Shown in pieces: positions 1 to 13,883 of a stretch of 64,000 bases of DNA (positions are counted from its first letter, which is position 1; every line of letters starts with the position of its first letter). A program made the translations under genes and the position numbers. The notes under the pieces are model-generated. The model was not told the DNA's origin and ran no database searches. It was given only the letters and a program-made list of their open reading frames with translations. The stretch comes from Takakia lepidozioides (taxonomy: Eukaryota; Plantae; Bryophyta), in contig CM060733.1 of assembly GCA_030704615.1 (NCBI GenBank), positions 76,198,001 to 76,262,000 on the forward strand, given 5' to 3'.

Positions 1-2889
1 CTAGTTCCAAGGGAACAATGGTGGCCGGGGGCGAGGTGGACCAGCCCAGAGAGGACGAAGTGGTCGGGCACGAGGTGCAGGCTAAGGGCAAGCTCAACAT
101 GGCCAAGGACGCGGAGGTCAGGGTGTTGATCAAGGCATGGCCAACCGGCTTCAACAGCTAGAGCAGAGGCTCGCTGCCATGGCTATAGCTCAGGCAGTAC
201 CGGCTCCCAGGCGGGATGGTCCACCTCCTGTTCCTGATGGAGGAGATATGGGAGGCATGGGATTCATGTGCGGAGCAGCACTACCACTAGAGCAGGTGGA
301 GTCTGCTGCAGCCGTGACTCGAGGAGCAGCACGAGATCCTGAGCCACGAGGTGCAGAGGTGGAGTTGGATCCACAACGTGGGGAGGCAAGCCGTCAAGCG
401 AGGCTGCCTCAGTCATTCACCTTGGCGGAGACAGTGTCAACGCCATCCATGGCACCTAGTTCTCGCCTGACTGTTACCGAGGCGGAGGTTTCTATGCCAT
501 TGGGGAGAGCTACACGTGCAGCACTGACACCTGCTACCAAGGCTAGTGCAGCCGGTGTGTTATTGGGGGCAGCCACCTCTGTGTGTCAAGCCCCACTGTT
601 CTCGGCAACCATGATTGCGACGCCGGGGGTAAGACCAACTGCAGTGTTCAGACTAGCAGCAACACTCTGTGAGAGTGGGGAGGTCACTTCATCTTCTGCG
701 GAGTTAGTGGAAGGTGTAGTGGCAGAGGGATCCTCGGATTTGAGGGTCAAGACTGCCACGGCTGCGCCCTGGCAAGCTGCAGCTGCCAGGTTGACGGAGC
801 TGCCAGCTAGGCCAGCCTTTGAGCGCACCATGGTGACACCTGGAGTTGTCTTGTTAGACAACCAGGATGGCATTTTCTCTTTGAGTGGACCGGCAGGCAA
901 GAAGTACCGGCCACTGCGGGTCTTGTTGGACTCGGGAGCTCAGCCACTGATGTTGGGCAGGGCTGCTATTGCAGGTTTGGGCCTCATAGAGGCGGATATG
1001 GAGCCTTGTCCTTTCCAGATACAGACATCTCTGGGAAGATCAGAGCAGGCTCGGGGCATGACACGACATCAGTTGGCCATTAGACTGCAGCCGGATCACC
1101 CTACAGATGGCTCAGTGATGCGAGCCAAGGCCATTGTGACAGACGCGGTCTCTTACGATGTCCTCGTTGGTGGGGCAGTATTATACCTCATGGGCTTCAC
1201 CCTGGACTTTTGGGAGGAGTCAGCATTCTACAGGCTTGGATGGCAGTCAGGGGATGGTCGTCGTGCACAGCTCCCTGTGACATTCATTGGGGGTATTGCA
1301 GCTGCCCAACAGGGCAAGATGCCAACACTAGCCGCCTTTACAGCTGCAGTTAGTTGGCCTGGAGAGTTGCTGGAAGGCAATGCCCATGCAGAGGATGTGC
1401 CACCTCCAGCAGAGCAGGATGACATGCATGGTGTGGCGGAGTTGCCTACCATGGTTGCTCACACTCCATTGTGGGGTACGAGCAAGGATTTGCAGCAGGT
1501 TGCTGATCGACGGGTGCAACAAGCCTGGGTAGAGGCTTTTGTACCGTCAGGAGAGGAGGAGAGTGCGGGTATTGCACCAGGACCACCTCAGTTGTCACCA
1601 TTGGATACCACACCTATTGTGTGGCAGTATCCGGATGGAGGCATTTGCCTTCTGGACTTGTTTGGCGGGATCAGCACCGGATTGGCTGCTGTGCTACAGG
1701 CAGGTGTGCGGGTAAGGCGTTACCTGTATGTGGAGAGGGATGAGACTGCACGACGCATCTCACTGCGCCATGTTGCTTAGTTGGTACAGCAGTACCCTGC
1801 TTTGTTGCCGGTGTCTGCAGTTCGTGGATACCAACAAGCCTTGCCAGCAGACATTCGTTGTTGGGGGCGCCGGATTTGGAGCAGGTTGGCTCCATTGATC
1901 TGGTAGTGGCAGGTTGGCCCCGCCAAGGGCATTCATCAACCGGGCATGGCAATGGATTGCGAGACTCGAGGACGGGTCTGTTTTGGGAGATGGTGCGGAT
2001 TTTGCGCCACTTGCAGCTTCATCAAGCTGTATCGCCAGCATACATCTTGGAGAATGTGCCACTGATGGGCGATTCTCGGGCCAGGGTGATGGCCAGTGTG
2101 CATCAAGTCCGGTCGTGGCTTGGGTCAACAGTGCTGCTGGATGCAGCTGCAGTGGGATCACGGGCTCATTGTCCACGGCTATGGTGGACTAACTTGATGC
2201 CACCCGCACTGCTCAAGCGTGCATTTGATGGGGTGTTGCGGCCAACACACCTCATAGTGGACAGCATTTTGGACAAAGGGAGGCAGTCTCAACGTGTGAG
2301 ACACGATGACCGTTTGCCTTTGGCAGTGGTCAATAGGGTGGGTCAACCACGAGCAGCATTACCTACACTGCTCAGCTTCCCAGGATCCCATGCTTTTCGG
2401 GATGGTGGAACTGGCCTCCTGTGGGATGCTCAGTTGCAACAGTTAGTGGAGCCTAATGCCGACGAGCGAGAGCGGGCTATGGGATTTTCCACTGGGACCA
2501 CGGCGGTGCCTTCTCTTTCTGAGGCATCACGTCGTCAGGTGTTGGGGCAAGCAATGGATCTCAATTGCTTGACCTGGATTATCAGCTTGGCTATGGCTGA
2601 GCAACGTAGAGTGCGGAGTGCACTTCCCTTGACAGTCTCTCTGCCTACCGAGACGGTAAAGGCAGCGAGTGGGGGCGAGCCGGTGAGGACCACGGGGTGT
2701 AGACATCCATGGCACACGTGGGAGGTGCTCGAGGTTCAGAGGGAGTTGGCAGCCAAGGCAGCTGTGATGGATGAGGTTGGGGATTCTTCTCGGGATGAGG
2801 AGGTTCTCAATGATGAGATGATGGGGCAGGATGAGGCCTTGTCATTGACTGAGCAGGAAGGAAGTACTGCTCAAGAGGTTGCAGCATAG
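1..2889 (+). pseudogene. Gag C-terminus / aspartic protease / DNMT3-like C5 cytosine methyltransferase polyprotein (disrupted)
   Basis: Protease motif VLLDSGAQP. MTase motifs: I LLDLFGGISTG, IV AGWP(R)QGHS, VI ILENV, VIII RAHCPRLWWTNL, IX-X ERERAMGF...RRQVLGQAMD (domain ~1640-2610). Lesions: CAG>TAG at 1778, frameshift ~1855, catalytic C>R. Confidence 0.9.
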
Positions 2890-2895
2890 CAACCA
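2887..2895 (+). promoter_or_regulatory. Putative stop-codon readthrough signal TAG-CAA-CCA
   Basis: In-frame TAG between MTase and RT, followed by CARYYA; same position in copy 2 (25704-25712). Confidence 0.7.
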
Positions 2896-5800
2896 CGGGA
2901 CGCGTCCTCTACCTCTAAGCCCACTGGACTTAAGGTTGCAGTTACGGAGGACAATTGGGAGCTTGACATTGGACCCATTGTCACCGGAGGAGAGAGACGA
3001 CGTATATGGTGGTTCCTGAGGGCTTACAGGAATTGCTTTGCCTTCAGTTTGAAGGACTTGGGAGCACTGAAGGGTCAAGAGATCCGTATTGAGTTGGCCA
3101 CTGACACGCCAATCTTTCGGAGACCCTATAGATACAGTGACATGGAGAGGTCTTTGATTCAGATGAGGACTCAAGATCTCTGGGAGGCAGGTTTGGTGGA
3201 GCTCTCTGGTGGAGAGTATGCTTCAGCCACAGTGATGCCAGCCAAGAAGGATGTCTATGGCAATTGGACGGAGAGACGTATGTGCGGTGATTACCGGCCT
3301 GTAAATCGTCAGACCAAGTCCGATAGGTATGCCATGCCGACACCAGAGGAGATCTTTGATGCCATTGGGCATTCCAAGGTCTTTAGCACGTTGGATTTAC
3401 GATCCGGATATCACCAGTTGCCGATCAAGGAGGCGGATAAGCAAAAGACGGCATTTGGGGGATCAATGAGCACGGGAAGGATTGCCTATACCAGTGGCGG
3501 TTCTTACCATTTGGGCTTAAAAACGCTCCCGCTGAGTTTCAAAGAGTCATGGACAGGATTCTAGCAGGGGTAGAGTTTGCTCGGTGCTACATAGATGACA
3601 TCATCATCTTTAGTGCTACGGTGGAGGAGCATGAGAGACACCTTCAGGGGGTATTTGAGCGCTTGAGGACGCACGGATTGAAGTTACATCCGGGCAAGTG
3701 CAAGTTTTTCCACAACCAGATTGAGTATCTGGGTCACATGATATATCCTGGAGGATTGGGGGTACAGCAGACTAAGGTAGAGTCCATTGCACAGGTTCCA
3801 CGCCCCACGGATGTGAGCCGAGTTCGAGCTTTCATGGGGTTAGCAAACTATTACAGACGGTTTGTTAAGGGATTTAGTGCCATTGCAAAGGCTCTAACCA
3901 AGCTGACCAAGGTGGACCAGGAGTGGCAGTGGGAAGATGAGCAAGAACAAGCTTTTCAAGAGCTCAAGGCGAGGTTGACCTCGGCGCCCATCTTGAGACG
4001 ACCTATCAGGGGGCGTCCTTTTCAGCTGCATACAGATTGGAGCATGCTGGGGCTTGGAGCGGTGCTCACACAGGTGGATGATGAGGGAGAGAGTTCGTAG
4101 TGGCTTATGCTAGCCGCTCGAACAATGCTGCAGAGTCTAAGTATAGCTCATATGAGGGAGAATGCTTAGCTGCAGTGTGGGCCGTGGCACACTTCAGGTG
4201 CTATCTATACGGCAATCTCTTCACCCTTGTCACGGATCACCAACCACTCAAGTGGTTGATGGAGTCAGACAAGCTTACGGGGAAGCTTGCACGGTGGGCA
4301 CTCATCCTTCAAGAGTATGACTTTCAGGTGGTGCATCGACCGGGTTTGGTCAATCGCAATGCAGATGGGTTGAGTCGCAATCCATGCACGAGCCAGCAGG
4401 ATGACACTGGAGCTCGGTGGCATGGTGAGACGGACGAGGAGATGGTGCCCGGATGGCATGCATCTGCATTTCTGTGTGTATTGGCAGCGGAAGGCCAGGT
4501 TGGACCTGCAACAGGGATGACTGTAGATCAAGTGTCTGAGGACCCTGAGGCCAGCAATGAGCAAGGTGGCGCCAAAGATATACATGAGGATTCAGTTGTG
4601 TTGGACTACCTCCGCACTGGAGACACTGCAGCCACTGTGACTGCCAAGGAGAGGGATCGGATCCTACAACGAGCCAAGAGGTTCAAGTGGGAGGGGACAC
4701 ACCTGCTCCGAGTGTGGGAGGATGGTCGAGTGAGGATTGTGCCTCACCCAACACAGCGGGCACGGTTAGTGCGGCATGCCCATGAGGAGTTGGGGCATTT
4801 TGGGGTGCGACGCACTCATAGTCTACTGCAGGGGCAGTATTGGTGGCGTGGTATGCACACAGAGGTGCAACAATTTGTGGCTAGGTGCATGGTGTGTGAC
4901 AGGGTGCGTGCTTCATTCAACGCCCCTACTCCACAATTGCACCCTCTTCCGATCATGGGATTGGGCTACAGGTGGAGTCTTGACTTCGCAGGGCCGTTGC
5001 CACTGACCATGCGCCACAACAAGTACGTGTTGGTGATGGTGGAGCACTTCTCCAAGTGGATTGAATTGGTTCCATTGCCTGATAAGGCTAGTGAGGGAGC
5101 TGCGTATGCATTCTTGGATTGTGTGCTTAGCCGATTCGGTGCTCCAGCTGAGGTACTCACGGACCAAGGGAGAGAGTTCTTGGGGGAGTTTCAGGCTTTG
5201 TGTGACAAGGCCTTGATAGACCACCGCACCACTTCTCGGGATCATCCTGAGGCCGATGGCTTGGCAGAGAGAGTTGTTCAGACAGTAAAGAGGGGTTTGC
5301 GCAAGTATGGCTTGCAGAAGGGACACCTAGGAGATTGGGACCTTCAGTTACCCTGGTTAGCCATGGGCTACAGGTTCAGCAAGCAAGCATCACTTGCCTC
5401 CTTCTCACCATACTTTCTTCTCTTTGGCCGAGAGCCGGATTTGCCTACATCCATTCGCAGAGAAGCTGCTACAGTTCTTAACCTTGACGATCCGGACGTG
5501 TGGGCACGTGCATGTGAGCAGCGTGCAGAGTTGTTCAAGAGAGTCATGCCCATGGCTTTCGAGAACCTTGCCATTGCACAACACCGTGATACGTTGAGGT
5601 ATGCTACCATACGTGGTGGGGGCTATCGTCCTGGGGTTCGGAGATTCAACCCTGGTGACTATGTCTATCTGCAGCAGACTGCTCCTACGACCCTGGATGT
5701 GACTGCAGGACGTGTTATTTTGAGGGTTCGAGAGGTCTTGCCCTCAGGCGTCTTGGTCTTGGAGGGTCGGGATGGCATAACTTGGAAGGACCATGTGCGT

Positions 5801-6022
5801 AATTGTGCGCCATGTCACCTTCCGAATGTCGATGGCAGGATTGACCCAAACCTGGCAGTGGTATCTGCAGGTTTGAGGTGCATGTTGTGTGGGTCTGCTA
5901 AAGGGGCAGCCACCATGCTGGTGTGTGATCGATGCTCTAGAGGTTGGCATATGGGATGCTTGACTCCACCTCTTGAGATGGTTCCGGATGGGGATTGGTT
6001 ATGTCCACAATGCATTGGATAG
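2890..6022 (+). pseudogene. Pol: reverse transcriptase, RNase H, integrase, C-terminal PHD finger (two frameshifts)
   Basis: RT LDLRSGYHQ and YIDD. RH TDWS...EGECLA...TDH. IN HEELGH..CMVC, SLDFAG / TDQGREF / GLAER. PHD C4HC3 at 5879-6013. ORFs 3049-3564, 3549-4100, 4100-6022. Confidence 0.95.
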
Positions 6023-6266
6023 TGGGAGTGGATACAACCATGGAAGGCTAACAAGCAACGCAAGGCCCAGCTACAGGAGACCTTGAATACACGAAGTCCT
6101 GGCTCAAGTTCACAGATTGCAAGACGGCGACTAACGATGGGGCTACTCTTGTACCCGGCCTCTTGGTCTATAGAGTTTGAGTACGATAGGGACAGTGATA
6201 GAGGACTTAGTACGGCTATGGCTATTACATCTTGTAGCTATCTGGAGGTAGAGGGACCTATCCACC

Positions 6267-6280
6267 AGCTAGGGGGGCGA
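6267..6280 (+). other. Polypurine tract, Family 1 copy 1
   Basis: AGCTAGGGGGGCGA just before T-TG start of repeat B; identical in copy 2 (28784-28797). Confidence 0.8.
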
Positions 6281-6281
6281 T

Positions 6282-6807
6282 TGTGGTAGACTACTTTATT
6301 GTGCATATATGTGTGGTGTGGTTTGGACAGCGATGTAGTTGTGTAGCGATACGTATGCGCATGACAGCTGTCAAGTTAAATAAGCACAGTGTGAAACTAG
6401 CTAGAATAAAGCTAGTTATTTGTATTTAACACTTGGATTTAGGTCAAGTGTTAAATCAGGTGTCAAGTTTAGTTTGACACCTGACCCGTCTTATCTTCAC
6501 GAGAGCGGCAGTCGCGCGGCTCATCTCTCTCGAGTTGAGCCTGCGCGACCGAGCTCCTGCATGCGTTTAGATCTGAGTGTGCTCATGATGGGAGTGTAGG
6601 TTGTTGTGGGGTGGAGTCCCCATAGCTTGGGGTGCCCCTGGCTCGACTACTATTTCAAAGAGTGATGGTTTTGGTTTTCATGTTTTGTGTCAACAGTGTG
6701 TTCTTAGCTTTGTTCTATCAATTGTGGTAGACTACTTTATTGTGCATATATGTGTGGTGTGGTTTGGACAGCGATGTAGTTGTGTTGCGATATGTATGCG
6801 CACGACA
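6282..6807 (+). repeat. Split terminal repeats B1 (6282-6366) - GC - A (6369-6720) - AT - B2 (6723-6807)
   Basis: 85-bp B duplicated on both sides of A. B1/A junction is the palindrome GACAGCTGTC. Confidence 0.9.
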
Positions 6808-7699
6808 GTGTAAAGCTGTGTCGGGCTGTGACTGGCTGTGCTAAGCTGTGTCGGGCTGTGTGAAGCTGTGCGAAGCTGTGGCGGCTGTGACCGGTTGTGT
6901 GAAGCTGTGTCGGGCTGTATAACCCCCCTAAAGCCTGCTGCTGCCACCCCTAAGGCTCCTGTTAGTCTGCGCAAAAATTAAGGGTACCCCACAGAACCCG
7001 TAAAAGCGTCTAAGTCCCAAGCAGCCCTCTAACACTCCCGTCGAGACACTGGCTATTCGGAGCCACCCCAACTCTTCCGCTCATAACACTTCCTATTTCT
7101 TATTCTTGTTTCTTGGAGGAAACCACCTGCACGTAATTCGCACTTCTGATTGATTGTTGCCTATTTAGGTAACTTCTTAATTCCCAACCCCCTCCGTGGA
7201 CATTCCCACCTGGAATGTCCAGTAGGACAACACATGTGGCATAGGTCCCTCTTACTCGGAAAGGGTTCCGTTACCCTTACTCTGAGTGCATTAATGGGCC
7301 CACAATTAGTATTAGCTGCTGTACCGGGTAGGTACTTTGACGGCCCTATTTGTCCTCTTGCATGATGAGACGCACTTTTGCAATCGATGCAGTGCGGTGT
7401 GTTTCGCCTTAGTGGCCACGTGTCCGTTTCTAGACATGCCCCCGACTTCCTCTCTCCGCGTGGCATATTCTCCAAGTTTGACTTCCAAACTTCTTCTTCA
7501 CTTGATGGCCACTTTTCTGACGTTAATTCACGTCCACCTGTCACTGACCCTATGGACTGTGTAACCTGCATGGGCTGTGTTGGGTTGTGACAGGCTGTGT
7601 GACACTGTGGTGGGCTGTGTGACACTGTGATGGGCTGTGATGGGCTGTGTGACGCTGTGATGGGCTGTGATAAGTCGTGTCACGCTGTAATGGGCTGTG

Positions 7700-10600
7700 A
7701 TAGCTATGTGAACACCTGTACTTCCCACCTTGGTCATATACGCTCGGCTTAGCGACAAGTGCTCCATACTCCGTTGGTATCACTAGCGCAGCCCGTGACT
7801 GTTTTTGCGTTTCAACATGCAAATCGTGCTGCAATGGTTTGTCATGGATACCACTGTACCCCTTCAACTTATTGGCATTGACTCTTCCCAGCATCTCTTT
7901 GTTAATGGTTTGTAACATGGCGGTGTTGTTATCATACATCTTCTGTATGACATAAGGTCTTTTCCATGGTGATTTAAGCTTAGAAGCCTTAATCTTCCCC
8001 TTCTTTTGCAACCACAGAACCAAATCTCTCGTCTTAAAAGTCTTTAATTTACCTTCATCAAACTGATCCTTCCTCTTCATCTGAATTCTGGTCATGTTAT
8101 CAGCTGCATCAACACGTACTTCTTCCACATGGTATAATTCATGTTTCCTGACCTTAATTGAATATTCCAATTTCATTCTCCTTCCCCATTCAGTTCTCAT
8201 GGTAGGTAACAAGAATTCCACTGGAAGTAAAGCTTCCATACCATAAACTAATTGGAATGGTGTATACTTAGTTGTGACTTTATTGAAGTCCTGTATGACC
8301 ACAAAGCTGTCAGCAGCTTTGTATCCCAATCTGTTCGTTGCATTGACTATCTTAGCCAAGATAAGTACATAGTATTTTGTTGGTAGCCTCTGCCTGCCCA
8401 TTACCCTGTGGGTAATATGTTGTACTCTTCCTATGCACAATCATGAACTCTTTAGTCAATAGTTCAATGGTCTCATTAAAGAAGTGACTTCCCTGGTCAC
8501 TGATAAATTCCAGGGGACAGCCAAATCATGTAAATATATTCCCATACAGGAACCTTGTTGTGGACTTAGCTGTGTTGTCCCTCAGAGCTTTAGCTTCCAC
8601 CCACTTTGTGTATAATCAGTGGCTGTGATTATATACTTAGTTTTGTGTATTCTTGGCTGGTGGTTAATTGGTCCAACAAAGTCTAGTCCCCATTCTGAAA
8701 TGTTCAGTAGGCATCGTAGGATGCAAAGCCATCTTCCTCGATCTCTGCAATGGGTCCTAGCCTCTGACACTCATCACAACTCTGACAATACTTGTGTACA
8801 TCCTTGAACAAAGTAGGCCACCAGTAACCTGCAAGTAGTATCTTTCTACTGGTAGTCTTTCTCCAAATGACCTCCAGCCACTCCTATTATGACTTCCTCC
8901 AAAACTTTATTTACTTCATGGTGGTACAAGCATCGTTTAAGTACTCCATCAGGCCTAGCTTATACATTCTGCCCCCCTACCATAGTATAAGGTAAAGCCT
9001 TGATAGCATTCTCTTCCTCTGCTTCTTTCCATACAAAGTGGGCACCTGGACCATGAGTAAGGTAGTATCTGATTGGCCACTGCCATCTAACAGTCATCGG
9101 CACTTCCCTGCACCTCCACCGCAAATAAAAACTCGCATCAGGTAATTGGTGTCTACTATTGGGCAGGTCTTCACTGTTGATAGGGCGTGGACAAGTTGAT
9201 TCTGCCACAGAGGCGGGGATGGCGTGGGTTCTGGCCACAAGATGCAAACGGCCCAGGCTTGTAAACAACTTCGAACTCAAACTCGTGCCAAGATTATTAA
9301 CCACCTTGCTATCCTTCCACTTATCAAAGTTTGTTCCACCAGATATCAGAGCCTGTGATCCACATAAAACATAAACTTCCTTCCCAATAGGTAATGCCTG
9401 AATTTCTTGACTGCATAAATCATTGCCAGTGCTTCTCTTTCAGTTGTGCTATAGTTCCTTTCAACACTGTTCATCAACCTGCAGCATAGTACACAGGTGA
9501 ATCTATATTTCCTGTAATATTTTGGGCTAACACGCTCCCAACGCTTCTCCTGAGGCATCACAGGAACATGAAATACTACATGCCAGTGAGGGTTAATAAG
9601 CACAGGTTAGTTGTTACTGACAATGCTAAGTTCCTCAAAACGCCTATTGACATTCGCTGTCATGCAAAACTGCATCTTTCTTCAGAAGCTTGCTCAATGG
9701 TGCTGTATATGGGACCGTTAACAAAATCTTCTGTAATAACTGTTTGTCCAAGGAATCTCCTTAGACTCTTGACATTTACTGGTGGTGGAGAGGCTTTATG
9801 GCCTCTCTCTTGTGGGATCCACAAGAAGTCCCCTCTTACACACAATGTGTCCCAAAAGCACCCCTGAGTTCACACAGAAAGTACACTTCTCTGGATTCAG
9901 GCCCAGACCTCTCATCCTGCATCTGGCCAAAACATAACTCCAATTTATGCAAGTGCTCATTCTTAGAGCTGTACACACTAAAAGATCAAGAACACCTGCA
10001 TGAAATCATCCAGATACTCATGAAAAGATTCACTTATCACTCTCTCAAAGGTTGCTGGTGCATTACAAAGTCCAAAAGGCATGACTTTGTATGCATAAGC
10101 ACCCCAGTCTATGATGAAAGCTATCGTTCCTTGGTTCTTCTACCACTTGCACTTGATTTTAACCACTGAAGCCATCCATGAATGAGTACATCTCATGGCC
10201 TGCCACAGTGTCCAATACCGCTTCTGTGAATGGCAAAGGGAAAGGATCTTTCTTCGTACAAGCATTCAACTTCTTATAGTTCACACAAACTCTCAGTTTA
10301 CCATTCTTCTGGGAACTATCACAATGGGTGACAACCAAGTTGTATACTCTATTGGGTATATAAACTTAGCCTCAGCCAACTTCTTGATCTCTTCTCCAAC
10401 CTTCTGTGCATAGTGGGATTCATTCTGTACTTGCCTGTTTGATTGGTACTGACCCTGGTTCCAGTTCAATCTTATGCTGACAGATCTCAGGTGGTACCCT
10501 TTCAGATCCTCGTAGCTCCAAGCAAATACATCTCTGTATTGATGAAAGACTCTTAGCTTCCTCAAGAATCTAGCTCCAAATCAGCCCCTACCTTCACCAT

Positions 10601-13600
10601 CCTCGGTTCCCCTTCAGTTCCCACATTCACTTCTTCTCACCTGCTCATCAGCTGTGATTGTCCGTCCAGTCAGCACTTCATCCTGTAAACACAGTGGCTG
10701 GTTTCTCTAGGATTTTCATTTCTCCCTCTCTTTCTTCATAGAAATGTGGTGGGTAACTGCTTGTTTCACCCTCAATGGTGTTGCTGTCACTACACCACAA
10801 CAGATACCTTTTAAACAACTTAGGCCTTCCATTGCATTCTCTGCAACCTGCTACCACTCTGGGTGTGCAGCGAACAGGGTAGCCCTGCTCCTCATCAAGT
10901 CCTCCCCTCCAGTCATACTCCCTAACCCCTTGAGGTCTTCTCGTAGCAGGTAATCTACTAGATTTCTTAGTGGTGATTTGTATCTTGTGCATCCCATCAT
11001 GCACAGTTAGTAACTGGGAATTCCAGTCATGGAATACCCTGGCCTGTTTCAGCCACGGTCGCTCGACCCCAACAATAAGGAGTAAGCTTCCATGACTTCA
11101 TCCATTTCAAACACAGTTACTGTGATCATAAAGATCATCTTTTGAATCTGTATCTTAACTCCTCTTATCAATCCCAATGGCTGTACACTTCTTTGATCTA
11201 CCATTGTTACTGTAAATGGGGCTGGTTTCATGTTACTTAGACCAAGCTTCTGCCTTAATTGGTCTATCATGATATTCACTCCAGAGCCTCCATCTATCAG
11301 TACATCAGTTGGTTCTGTGCTTCCAATTCTCAATTGGATTACTGGCATAGAATTATCAAAGTCCGTGACTGTTTCTCGCCCTTCCGGCTTCACATTATAA
11401 CTGGTCACCTGCTGTTCAGGTCTGTGTTCCCTGTCACATGGGCAATTCGATTGATTGATTGATACAGTTTGTGTCTACAATAAGGTGCCACAACCAATAG
11501 CTGTCCACAATAAGGTGCCACAACCAATAGCTGTCCAATGGTAATCTCCGCTTTGGACTGGCATATTACTTTAGCCAAAGTCCCTTCATTACTCTGCATT
11601 TTTGCAGCTTCTTTCTTCCCTTCATCCTCACTCACTTCCTCTTCTCTTTCAGAATCAGAGGAATCTGCCATAGGAATATCAGTACTCTTCTGCATTTCCC
11701 TTATGGTATCTGCCACTTCCTTATGCAGTTCCTTCTCTCTTTCCAAGCCTCATCATCTTGCACATCACTGCCATCTTCATTATCATCACCTTCCTTATCT
11801 ACTGGAGGTATTATTTTGGCTTTGCTTCTCGTTACTATCATTGTACTTACTTCTGGTAAAAACACATGGCCTAACCATGTGAGCTGCCACCACTGGCCCC
11901 TCATTCACAGGAGCTCTCATCTCATTCTGGTGTCTGATCCAGAATGGACAGTCTGCCTTGCGATATCCTGCCTGATTACAATAGTAACACAGTTCTTCCC
12001 CATTAGGTCCTCGCCCTTGGTCTGTTCTGGGATTGTTTCTGTAATCCTGATTCCCTGGCTGGTAATCCCCCTTGGATTACCCTGATAGTTGCCTCTGGAA
12101 TTTCCTTGGTAATTCCCTCTTGGATTACCTCTCCCTTCCATGCCATTGTTATAACCACTAGACCTACCATAGTGGTCCTGATCACTGTTTCTTCTTGGCT
12201 GGGGCTGCACTTGATGCACCCTTACTTGCCTAGGTTCTTTTGCTGCTGTCCTTCTGTTGTAGTAACAATTCTCAGTAGAATGGTTATCTATTTTACAGAT
12301 AGTACAGTGTTTCTCCTTCATGTGGCATTTAGTGGTGGTATGGCCTTCATTCTGGCATTTTGCACACCAAACACCCTTCCTCCAATGTGTTGCAGCCTCT
12401 GTGGCATACTTCTACAAGATTTCTTCTAATCTTTTTTCATAGTTATCCCTCTTCAACTTTTCATTCCTTTTACTCTTCCTTTTAAGCTCTTGCTCTTCTT
12501 CCTCATCTAACTCATCCTCAGAGTCCTCATCATCCCTTTTCTCTCTCCTGAGCATTCCCAATTGATCAATTTTGTTCGCTGTTTCAAATGCCTCCTCCAC
12601 TGTATTATGGGGTAACATATCCACTTTCTTTTGCAACTCTGGTCTTAGTCCACTCACAAACCAAGTCTTCTGTAAACCTGGTGCTGGTACAGCATCCAGC
12701 TTTTTCATCATCAATTCCATCTTTTCCATATACTCCTCAACAGTTTCATGCTTCTTTTGTTTTAACTTTTGTAAACTTCCATACACTTCATCCTCAGTTT
12801 TACTTGTCCTGAACCTATTTCGGAATGTTGTATTCAAGCCATTCCAGGTTAGGAAATGATTGTCAGGGAATCTTGTATACCATTCACTTGCTTTCTTTAT
12901 AAGTGAACAAGCAACAGTCTCATCTTGGCATCATCGCCATTCTTATTGTTCACAATACACATGTGCTCAAATTGGCTAATGTGTGCATCAGGATCCCCTT
13001 TTCCTGAATATATTGGATAAGGTGGTTTTGCCCGTGTTGGTTGTAATGCCATCTGTGGCCCTACCCCCTGCCCACTTACAGGTGATGGCCCCCTTGCTGG
13101 TGCTGGTCCTTGAGGACCTGTTGTAGTTGTGGTGGAACTTCCACCTAGTGCTGGCCCCTGAGCACTCCTTGCTACTGGCCCCACTATATTCACAGTATTC
13201 CCAGCTCCAATTGCACTATTTCCCACACTCCCTGTCCCCCTAGAGCCAGATCCAGGCTGCCCGCCTGATCCCCCTGAGCCGACACCTTCGTTGGCCTGTG
13301 ATCCAAGTGCTCCACTTGATCCAGGTCCAACGGGTTGGGATGTCCTGGTTGTAGTCTCAACCTCAGCTGTTGGGTCTACTTCTTCATACTCTTCCTCTTC
13401 CAATTTCTTCTCTCTGTTTTCATCCTCCAAGTTCTGCCCTTGGGTTTCTTCTTCACTCATGTAACTCAACTGCAATGGTGTTGGAGAGTCTCAACTCTCC
13501 GTTGGCTCTGCCACATCCTCTCCTCCTTCTTCGTCTTCCATCTCAGAAACAGGAGTTCTTGCTTTTGGTGTTCCATGCCAACTCTTATCAAAGATTTTTG

Positions 13601-13883
13601 TCAAATCTTTTATCCAGGGATGTACCTCAGATCTTTCACCTCGTGGTTGATCTTCTTCTTGTACCAATTCCCTTAATCTTTCTTGCAAAGAAAAAGAAGG
13701 AGTGGCATCCAACTCTAGTTCTTCCAGTATGGGTGATGTACTCTCTGATCTTAATGGTGTGAGAGGTTCAGATGATTCCCCTATGTCTATTCCTCTCTCC
13801 CAAAGATATGGATAATTAGCTTTCAGATAACTTTCTCTTTTTGCTGAATATCTCTGGAGTCTAGCTTCTTTTTCATCACTCAT
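7700..13883 (-). pseudogene. Family 2 gag-pol, heavily frameshifted
   Basis: Gag YSGKGDPDAHISQF, CCHC knuckles, protease VLIDGGSGVN, RT DVFAWSYEDL / WLSPIVIVP, RH NYSTTEREALA, IN WGLDFVGP / TPFQLVYG. Confidence 0.9.

Larger units (their letters stand above)
1..6807 (+). mobile_element. Family 1 Ty3/Gypsy-type retrotransposon with DNA methyltransferase and PHD finger, copy 1 (5' part outside window)
   Basis: Domain order Gag tail-PR-MTase-RT-RH-IN-PHD. PPT precedes a B-A-B terminal repeat block ending CACGACA at 6807. Colinear with 18042-29459. Confidence 0.95.
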
